Shown in pieces: positions 36,585 to 43,345 of a DNA stretch of 54,514 bases. Source of the stretch: an uncultured Gammaproteobacteria bacterium (GTDB lineage Bacteria > Patescibacteriota > Microgenomatia > Levybacterales > UBA12049); the NCBI GenBank assembly GCA_964474445.1, contig CAYYSJ010000008.1:1-54514 (forward strand), read 5' to 3'. Below the pieces are notes generated by a model that did no database searches, was not told the DNA's origin, and worked only from the letters and a program-made list of their open reading frames with translations. A program made the position numbers and the translations under genes. Numbering within the stretch: position 1 is the first letter of the stretch; each line of letters starts with the position of its first letter.

Positions 36585-37075
36585 TATTCTTTTCCTCCTT
36601 TCTCTATCTCACGATCGCGCTTTCTTTGTGCAAGTCCAACTAATTCTACTAACCATCGCACTGCATCTTTCATATTATTATGTGTTTGCTTAACTCTTGC
36701 CAATACGCTTGGTGATGTATTAATGGTTATCTGTTCATCTTCTGAAATTGAAACTGGGGTTGCATCCTTAGCGACTGTCACTCCTGCTTGCTTCACGTCA
36801 TTTGGTAAAATAGGTGCAACAGGTTGTACTTCAACACCATGTTCTTTCAACTCCTGGGCAACATTCACCTCTGGAGTAGAAGGTGCAATCCATTCCGAAG
36901 AAGATGTTTTTGGCATTGGGGCCTGTTCTTTACCTCCAGATGGTATGCTCTGAGGCACTTGAACAGGTTGAGACGTTCCATTGCTCCCCGAGTTAATACC
37001 TTGTGTTGAAGAGTTTACCCGTGTATTTCTATCATCTTGTATAGATTGCTGCTGCGGCTTTTGTGTACCATCCAT
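36584..37075 (-). CDS. hypothetical low-complexity protein (163 aa), translationally coupled to the ATPase
   Basis: Its TAA stop overlaps the ATG of the ATPase gene by 1 nt (TAATG). The N-terminal half is Gln/Ser/Pro-rich. Confidence 0.55.
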   Translation of the reverse strand: MDGTQKPQQQSIQDDRNTRVNSSTQGINSGSNGTSQPVQVPQSIPSGGKEQAPMPKTSSSEWIAPSTPEVNVAQELKEHGVEVQPVAPILPNDVKQAGVTVAKDATPVSISEDEQITINTSPSVLARVKQTHNNMKDAVRWLVELVGLAQRKRDREIEKGGKE

Positions 37076-37084
37076 AGTAATTTA

Positions 37085-37113
37085 ATGATACCACTCTCCG
37101 TGGCTATTAACAA
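37085..37113 (-). promoter_or_regulatory. promoter TTGTTA-17-TATCAT (leaderless)
   Basis: The -10 box ends 9 nt before the ATG at 37075. Confidence 0.6.
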
Positions 37114-37147
37114 TGAAACTAACCTTTTAAAGGAGTAACAATAATTT

Positions 37148-37176
37148 TTGACACTTAATTCTTCAATAGATACAAT
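37148..37176 (+). promoter_or_regulatory. promoter TTGACA-17-TACAAT (leaderless)
   Basis: The -10 box ends 6 nt before the ATG at 37183. Confidence 0.7.
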
Positions 37177-37182
37177 AACTAT

Positions 37183-38271
37183 ATGAACGAACAACTTCTC
37201 CCTCCCGCTGCTCCGATAGCACTTCCAGAAACCCCACCTACTGAAGAAGCATCATCCCCAAAAAGTCTTGATATCCCACAATGGCCAGATCTTGACTATC
37301 AAAAAATTGCATCTGAGGCTTCAATAAGACCCTTCAAATCTCGATGGGGCAAGCCTATTAACCTTTCCCTCATAAGGTTTTATGATTGGATTTTAGGAGG
37401 AAAGGGAAAATCCTTTCAAGAAATTGCCACCGATACTATTTATGAAAGTCTTACTGTAAGACCTGAGATACTTGATCAAAAAGAAAGTGGCACAAGGATA
37501 GATATATCTCGTTCAGAATCTCTGAAAGAAAGCGCACATCATTTTGAATCGACAATCGAATTAGAAAATCAAAGGCATGCTCCTCACGAACAAATCTCAT
37601 TAGAGAATATTGATATTAATGGAAAATCACACCAACACGATGGATTTCTTGTACATCACTCAGACAGAAAAGAAGGCGATGATGCAGTAACAGCAAGAGC
37701 ATATATCACTGTTGACAGGGAAAGAGTGTCACAAATACCTGAACGTTATGTTACTTTACTGTTCCGGTTAAAAGAAGCGGGTGTAGAATGTTCTTCTAAG
37801 GCATTGGACCCCTTTGGAGCTAAATTTAGCACAACAGATATTGTTTTCTATCTTTCTTCTTCACAAATAGATATGGCTAACTTAGTATTCACAACATTCC
37901 TAGCAGAACATCCTGAATTTGGAAAAGGACATACTAAAGCAGGTATACCTAGCGAACAAGAGGGGCTTACTTGGTCGCGTGAACCTAATCAAAATCAGAG
38001 AGAACTCATAAGAGAAATCCGAGGGGAGAAGCAATTTATTTCCTTTAATGAGTTAATAGCATGCATGGCAATGCCTGCCTACTTACACAGACTCCATGAA
38101 TTTTATCAAAAAAAAGGAAAACATAAGGACGCTGCAAGAATTAAACAAGAGCTTGAAAGGGTTGAGGCAATAATCAAAAGATATAAATCTAAAGAAGCAG
38201 ACACTACTCAGGCAGAAAATTTAGATCATGCTTCTGTTCCTATTGCCCCACAAACCTCCACAGACATATAA
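37183..38271 (+). CDS. hypothetical protein (362 aa)
   Basis: Long ORF starting at a near-consensus leaderless promoter. I cannot assign a family with confidence. Confidence 0.6.
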   Translation: MNEQLLPPAAPIALPETPPTEEASSPKSLDIPQWPDLDYQKIASEASIRPFKSRWGKPINLSLIRFYDWILGGKGKSFQEIATDTIYESLTVRPEILDQKESGTRIDISRSESLKESAHHFESTIELENQRHAPHEQISLENIDINGKSHQHDGFLVHHSDRKEGDDAVTARAYITVDRERVSQIPERYVTLLFRLKEAGVECSSKALDPFGAKFSTTDIVFYLSSSQIDMANLVFTTFLAEHPEFGKGHTKAGIPSEQEGLTWSREPNQNQRELIREIRGEKQFISFNELIACMAMPAYLHRLHEFYQKKGKHKDAARIKQELERVEAIIKRYKSKEADTTQAENLDHASVPIAPQTSTDI

Positions 38272-38338
38272 AAATACATTGTAAACTTTCCTTTTAAAGA
38301 AGACCATTAAATATCATAGAATTCATATTCCCAGATTC

Positions 38339-38479
38339 TTAGTTCTCTCCAGGTTTCCATCCACAGTCCGGACAAACAGACATTGTCCCATTTTGCACCA
38401 AAATCACCTGTTCAGATGTTGGTTCCCATCCACATCCCCTACATTTTATTTTAAAACATTCTTGGCAATCTTGTTTCAT
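38339..38479 (-). CDS. 46-aa zinc-ribbon mini-protein (below the ORF-track cutoff)
   Basis: MKQDCQECFKIKCRGCGWEPTSEQVILVQNGTMSVCPDCGWKPGEN has CxxC plus two CxxCGW(E/K)P repeats. It is preceded by TTGGCA-16-TACAAC, then 7 nt to the ATG. Confidence 0.45.
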   Translation of the reverse strand: MKQDCQECFKIKCRGCGWEPTSEQVILVQNGTMSVCPDCGWKPGEN

Positions 38480-38518
38480 ATGTATTGTTGTATGACTTTA
38501 CTGAGAACTGCCAAGATT

Positions 38519-39886
38519 CTAACAAGCAAGTTCTGGATGTTCTTTAATAAAGTCTACTTTTGTGTAATGACAATGGGGACACTCATCTCCAACAGGGGGT
38601 TTTGCTCGCTGTTCACATTTAGGGCACTGAAACCAACTTGATTCATTTTCCTGCGTTCCACTGGCAAGTCGTCCGCTTCTATACCCACCCATAGTCATAA
38701 CAGATGTGGACTCATTTCGTGAAGATGTTCCTCCTCCTGCGCATCCTTTGATTTTTTGTACCTCTTCAAATACCCTCCCAAATGACATAGATTGCTGGAG
38801 AAGAGCCATTGGAACTAGAAGTTTCATCTTATCCACATCGCATCTCGTTGCTATCAATTGTTTGTTAATCTGCATAGCATTCTGCTCAGTTAAGAATACT
38901 TGAGAAACCCGAAGAAGGGTTGCGGCAACTGCTTTCTGCAACTGAAGACGACCATGTCCACCTTCCGCAACATACTCCATAAACTCTGACACATATTGTT
39001 GTGTTTGTTGATTAAAGTTATACAACGCTTCACCCTTAGCAACTCCCTGGTATACTTCATCCCACGCTCTTCCTTCAAAGGCATTATCTTCACCACGATA
39101 ATGAAGTTTTGTTTGTCTCATAAGAGAGATTACATCATCAACACTTTGTATATCGTCGCGTCTTTCATTTGGGTTGATGAGCGCAATCGTTTTTACAAAG
39201 TCTTGCAAACTAGCATCAAAGGGCAGCTCTTTTCCTGTTAATGTTTTAAGCATTGCGCGATACTCTTTGTTAGTAAAATCTGTTTTTATCGTAGACCCAA
39301 CAATCTCATTACCTTTTTTCTGCATAACAAAGAAAAATGAGGTAAGATATTCAATTGCTTTTCCGTCATCTGTAGTAAGACCACTCGGACCTTTAGGAGA
39401 AGGGACAACAGCAATTGCTCCATCTTTTGTCTTGGGATCAAGGAAAAAATCCTGAATCCGTCTCATATTTTCAACGACTACACCCCCTCTTTCTCGTGGG
39501 TCTATCATGTCCACTGCGCTACGATTGCCATACAGTGGGTCAACAAGTTCTTTAGTTCCATCAGGCTTTGTATGAACTTTGTATTTATAAACAAATACCA
39601 ATCCCTTGGATAAGTATTCTAAACAAAACCCTAAGATATCTCGTTTTGTTTGTTGCGCCCATACATCTAACTCTTCTGGCTTACCTTCAGCACCTTCTGG
39701 CAGTAAGTGCATTTGGGTATTCATAAGAAATCCAATGCCATGAAACTTGTACCAATCTTTATTTAATCCATGAGTTTTTGGTTTGTTGTCAAACTCTTGG
39801 ATATGCCATGCTAAGGATTGAAGTCTAGATCCTTCATGTCTTATCTGTTCTCTTGGTATTGGTTGTAAAACTGCTCCTTTTTCCAT
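38519..39886 (-). CDS. uncharacterised 455-aa protein with a C-terminal zinc ribbon
   Basis: Long uninterrupted ORF in AT-rich DNA. The C-terminus reads CPKCEQRAKPPVGDECPHCH. AGAGGAG Shine-Dalgarno sequence is 7 nt upstream. No family recognised. Confidence 0.65.
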   Translation of the reverse strand: MEKGAVLQPIPREQIRHEGSRLQSLAWHIQEFDNKPKTHGLNKDWYKFHGIGFLMNTQMHLLPEGAEGKPEELDVWAQQTKRDILGFCLEYLSKGLVFVYKYKVHTKPDGTKELVDPLYGNRSAVDMIDPRERGGVVVENMRRIQDFFLDPKTKDGAIAVVPSPKGPSGLTTDDGKAIEYLTSFFFVMQKKGNEIVGSTIKTDFTNKEYRAMLKTLTGKELPFDASLQDFVKTIALINPNERRDDIQSVDDVISLMRQTKLHYRGEDNAFEGRAWDEVYQGVAKGEALYNFNQQTQQYVSEFMEYVAEGGHGRLQLQKAVAATLLRVSQVFLTEQNAMQINKQLIATRCDVDKMKLLVPMALLQQSMSFGRVFEEVQKIKGCAGGGTSSRNESTSVMTMGGYRSGRLASGTQENESSWFQCPKCEQRAKPPVGDECPHCHYTKVDFIKEHPELAC

Positions 39887-40033
39887 AAAAAAACTCCTCT
39901 TTTTAATCCGAGGAGCAATAATATATTGCTTCTGCTCGGAAGTCTTTGGGGCTCGGACTTTCCTGACAATACAGGATCACCGTTGCGGCACAGTCAAGGA
40001 ATTGCTTGCACTTCTTCATGAAGGCAGCGCACC
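39887..40033 (-). promoter_or_regulatory. riboswitch-like OFF leader related to the cobalamin element at 43196-43300
   Basis: Shares TGTGCCGCAAC, AAGTCCG and CTTCC(C)GAGCAG blocks with the upstream riboswitch. It ends in the hairpin CTCCTC-N10-GAGGAG + U7, which buries the Shine-Dalgarno sequence. A competing CCGAG/CTCGG helix is possible. Confidence 0.45.
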
Positions 40034-40603
40034 TTATTCACCCATTTTCAATTTATTCCAAATGGTCTCTTTTTTCTTTTCTTTAAAATTGACAAATCTA
40101 CTCATAGTAAATAATAAATCTGAGAGCCTATTGATATATTTAATAAAACTTGGTTCAACAGACTCTTTTTGGGCAAGTTCAGTAATTCGTCTCTCAGCTC
40201 GTCTGGCAACAGTTCTGGCAAGATGCAAGGATGCTCCTGCCTTCCCTCCACCAGGAAGAATAAAGTTTGTAAGCAAAGGCAATTTTTCTGTCATCGCATC
40301 AATTTGTTTCTCAAATTCCAAGACCCTGTTGTCAAAATAGCTAGTGATTGGAAGCCTATTGTTAGTACTAGGATTAGCAAGCATTGAACCAACTTCGAAT
40401 AAATCTTTTTGGATTTGTTCAAGTTCTTTTCTAAGAACTGCATACGCATTAGCAGATATATGCGATAGTGCCACACCAAGTATAGAATTCAGTTCATCTA
40501 TTGTTCCGTATGTTTCAACTCTTATATGGTTTTTAGGAACTCGAGAACCGTCCATAAGCGACGTTTGCCCTTTATCCCCTGTCTTAGTATAGATTTTACT
40601 CAT
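40034..40603 (-). CDS. pduO: ATP:cob(I)alamin adenosyltransferase, PduO type
   Basis: MSKIYTKTGDKGQTSL...ETYGTIDELNS...ILPGG...LHLARTVARRAER are hallmark PduO/MMAB motifs. Confidence 0.9.
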   Translation of the reverse strand: MSKIYTKTGDKGQTSLMDGSRVPKNHIRVETYGTIDELNSILGVALSHISANAYAVLRKELEQIQKDLFEVGSMLANPSTNNRLPITSYFDNRVLEFEKQIDAMTEKLPLLTNFILPGGGKAGASLHLARTVARRAERRITELAQKESVEPSFIKYINRLSDLLFTMSRFVNFKEKKKETIWNKLKMGE

Positions 40604-40617
40604 AGATCATTTGTAGA

Positions 40618-41118
40618 CTATTGTGCTGCGTTAAATCGGAAACCTTTCACAATATGTAAGACGGTCTCATATCCACCAAATAATACTGTAGTGTAAAAAA
40701 GATCTCCCACTATAGTGTTCCTAAAGAATGGTAATGCCATGACATATGCCTCTATCATTCCTGAAAACGTTTTTGGATATAACGATGTTACATACCAAAA
40801 GGTAAAATTCGTAAGAAGGAAGAACAACAACGAAGAGACTAATGATGCTCCAATAACGGTTTGAATACTTTTATGGGAATGTAACCATAGTCCTATAAAT
40901 CCAGTAATTAGAAAACTAAGATATACAAATGGTGTACTAGCACTAAATCCAAGGAAAAAGTCCGAGAGAACCATTGCTGCAAGTGGAACAATCAACGCAT
41001 ATTTTTTATTCAGATAGGTTCCTCCAAAAAGTGCCATAGCAGCAATTGGTGCAACGTTTGAAATATGAGGGAGCAAGCGTAAAAGAGCTGCTCCAATGAT
41101 TAAAAATAATGCAAACAT
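40618..41118 (-). CDS. small polytopic membrane protein, putative substrate-capture (S-component-like) B12 transporter
   Basis: About 5-6 transmembrane helices. The transporter call rests on operon context only, plus a resemblance to DUF6580-type proteins as I recall them. Confidence 0.45.
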   Translation of the reverse strand: MFALFLIIGAALLRLLPHISNVAPIAAMALFGGTYLNKKYALIVPLAAMVLSDFFLGFSASTPFVYLSFLITGFIGLWLHSHKSIQTVIGASLVSSLLFFLLTNFTFWYVTSLYPKTFSGMIEAYVMALPFFRNTIVGDLFYTTVLFGGYETVLHIVKGFRFNAAQ

Positions 41119-41121
41119 AGC

Positions 41122-42516
41122 TTACTTTTTTCTCCTTTTCAAGGTATTGGTAGCATAGAACAAAAGGAAAACTATGCCAAGAGTAGTTACTATAACAAAT
41201 GCTATCGTATTTTTTCGATACACTGTTTGTGTAACCGCTTTTTGATCTTGCGCTCCCAATACTTCTGTTGTCGGACTTGCCTCAGGTGTGAGATTTGTGT
41301 CTGTAGCCAAGACAAGAGCACCTGTAACAGGTGCAGGAGAGATAACAAGTGAAATTGGTTGCCTTGAGCTTATTGATGAGGTTATGGTTGGAGTTGCCAC
41401 CTGTATAGATGTTGGCATTGGAGTAACCGTCAGAACAACTGTTGGAGTAGGTGTACTACTTGGCGTAGGACTGACTACCGATGGAGATGGTGTCGTTGCA
41501 CTCGAAGTTTGCGAGCTTGTATTGAAGCTCTGAATAATCCATCCTTTCCCGCTTAACCCAATTAACGCGTGAGCTGTTGTTGTCGAGTTAGAAGCATACC
41601 CTGTGCATGCAAATGTCGTTGGATCCCACTGATTACAGGCAGTAAATCCTCCATCAGTTGGTGATTGTTGAGATAATAGCCATGTGCGTGCATTACCTGT
41701 TTCGTCTGAGTTTTGCATTGCCAATACATTTAAAGCCATCAAAGCCCATGTCGTAGAGTCAGAGTCTGGTGTTGTCGTCCACGGGTTTGTGTCATACAGG
41801 AATCCCCCACTTTTGTCTTGAGTACTTAATAGGTATGTTTTTGCTTTGTTTAGTCCAGTATCTAACAATCCATTAACTACACCGTAATTTTTGGCAGCAA
41901 CTAACGCTTGTATTGCTGCAGCAGTATCATTTCCATCGCTTCCTGCTGTTGTTGAGTATCCAAAACCACCATCGGCATTTTGGTGAGCAAGAATAAATGA
42001 AAGACTATCCGTTAATTCAGCATCTGAGGTGGCAACTCCACTTGAGACAAGTGCCATAACTCCAAACCAATCATCATTCTCAGTAGTAGGATCTCCAATT
42101 TGGTGGTTGTTATAATATGGAGCTGACTGAAGTGTAGTCACATAGTTGATCCCTCCAAAGCTATAGGGATTTTGTCCACTTGCTACTATCGCAAGAGTCC
42201 ATTTTTCCCATTCAGTTACAGATGAAGATGTTGTGGGATGATTGTTCTGCAAATACGTTATTACTGACGGAGCGTGTGTTGAAGTTTTTACCGTTGACAG
42301 ATCTATCCCATTTGCTGAAAAAGCAACCGCAGCCCACGGAGACGCATCGCCAGTTGAGCCTCCCGTTATCTGTCCTGTTGCCCCGTTGAGTTGGGTTCCT
42401 AAGTAATTTATCCCCTTCCCTATTGCAGCATCTGTTTTCGCATCTGCATACACATGTAAGGCACTCAGGTTGAGTATGAAGAATGTCAATAAAACGATCA
42501 GCGCTACTACTCTCAT
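41122..42516 (-). CDS. secreted prenyltransferase/squalene-oxidase-repeat protein with a C-terminal membrane anchor
   Basis: Signal peptide, repeated QxxDGGF motifs (QNADGGFGY, QDKSGGF, QSPTDGGF), Ser/Thr/Pro linker and a terminal transmembrane helix + RRKK. Start at MRVVAL (42516). Confidence 0.7.
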   Translation of the reverse strand: MRVVALIVLLTFFILNLSALHVYADAKTDAAIGKGINYLGTQLNGATGQITGGSTGDASPWAAVAFSANGIDLSTVKTSTHAPSVITYLQNNHPTTSSSVTEWEKWTLAIVASGQNPYSFGGINYVTTLQSAPYYNNHQIGDPTTENDDWFGVMALVSSGVATSDAELTDSLSFILAHQNADGGFGYSTTAGSDGNDTAAAIQALVAAKNYGVVNGLLDTGLNKAKTYLLSTQDKSGGFLYDTNPWTTTPDSDSTTWALMALNVLAMQNSDETGNARTWLLSQQSPTDGGFTACNQWDPTTFACTGYASNSTTTAHALIGLSGKGWIIQSFNTSSQTSSATTPSPSVVSPTPSSTPTPTVVLTVTPMPTSIQVATPTITSSISSRQPISLVISPAPVTGALVLATDTNLTPEASPTTEVLGAQDQKAVTQTVYRKNTIAFVIVTTLGIVFLLFYATNTLKRRKK

Positions 42517-42520
42517 ATGG

Positions 42521-43105
42521 TTATCCAAACTTCCAAACAATACTGTCTCCTGAGTTGGGTGTATACAAAGAACAGCCTTGAGGAGACTTTCCGTTGACTG
42601 TTACTGTCCAATTGTTTTGATACCCATTTACTTCTTTTATATAAGCACTATGGAGAGATGACATATAAGAATAATCAATAGTTACGGACCGTACTTTCCC
42701 CTCATTCTTCGCCTCAGTAAGATTGTCACAAAGATTATTCCCCGAATTAAGAGTAACTGTAAAAGTATTTGTTCCATCTGGCTCAATAATCTGCATCGTG
42801 ACAGTAGGTTTAGGTGCCTGGCTTGGTTGAGAAGTTGGTGGTGTTGATTGAGATACAGAAACTGGGGTCATTGAGATTGGTATCACTGGAACCGTTGGAG
42901 GTGTTGTAACAGCAACATGTTGTATCTTTTTTACTATCTCCGTAGGGGTCGGTGGTGGTGTTAGTTTCTTTGTTAAGCCTGCTACAGTAGTTGTTTGCTT
43001 TATCCCCAAAAAATGTTGGGGCGAGATAACAATGCCAACTGCGAGTAAAAAACACAGTATTGCTCCAAAGAGCGAAAAGAATATTTGTAACTTTTTTGTG
43101 TTCAT
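42521..43105 (-). CDS. DUF4430-domain (transcobalamin-like) surface protein
   Basis: Signal/anchor, Pro/Thr linker and the C-terminal pattern IKEVNGYQNNWTVTVNGKSPQGCSLYTPNSGDSIVWKF, typical of DUF4430. Confidence 0.7.
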   Translation of the reverse strand: MNTKKLQIFFSLFGAILCFLLAVGIVISPQHFLGIKQTTTVAGLTKKLTPPPTPTEIVKKIQHVAVTTPPTVPVIPISMTPVSVSQSTPPTSQPSQAPKPTVTMQIIEPDGTNTFTVTLNSGNNLCDNLTEAKNEGKVRSVTIDYSYMSSLHSAYIKEVNGYQNNWTVTVNGKSPQGCSLYTPNSGDSIVWKFG

Positions 43106-43164
43106 ATACTAGAGCAAAGAGGTATTTTGAGGAAACCTTTTGCTCGAAAGGGGGATTTAATCAC

Positions 43165-43195
43165 AAAAAAAATCCCTCTTGATTCCCAAGAAGGA
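43165..43195 (-). terminator. riboswitch expression-platform terminator UCCUUCUUG-GGAAU-CAAGAGGGA + U8
   Basis: 9-bp stem (one G-U pair) followed by eight U. Its 5' arm can instead pair with UUCCCGAG of the B12-box region (anti-terminator). Confidence 0.65.
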
Positions 43196-43300
43196 TACAA
43201 AAAAATCCTGCTCGGGAAGATTTGCTTGTTTAGTTTTCTGGGTTTACAGTTGCGGCACACCCACGGACTTTCACCGTGATTGCCTAAACAGGCATACTGA
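43196..43300 (-). promoter_or_regulatory. cobalamin riboswitch aptamer
   Basis: The minus strand has AGGCAAUCACGGUGAAAGUCCGUGGGUGUGCCGCAACUGUAAACCC...CUUCCCGAGCAGG. This matches the remembered core (GGGAA, GGUGxAAxUCC hairpin, GCxGCxACUGU, B12 box CCCGAxGxxx with P1 pairing CCUG/CAGG). Confidence 0.65.
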
Positions 43301-43345
43301 TTATATTTTCTCTCTTGTTATTGCTCAATGCACATCAGTACTGCA

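Noticed and set aside
38393-38641. Plus-strand 82-aa ORF
   Set aside because: It overlaps the 3' end of the 455-aa minus-strand gene and is antisense to the CxxCGW mini-ORF. Its composition is poor and it has no promoter or Shine-Dalgarno sequence.
39887-40033. GGAAAGTCCGAGC resembles the RNase P RNA P4 motif (GAGGAAAGUCCGGGC)
   Set aside because: Only 147 nt are available between two solid coding genes, which is far too short for RNase P RNA. The context and the shared blocks point to a B12-type leader instead.
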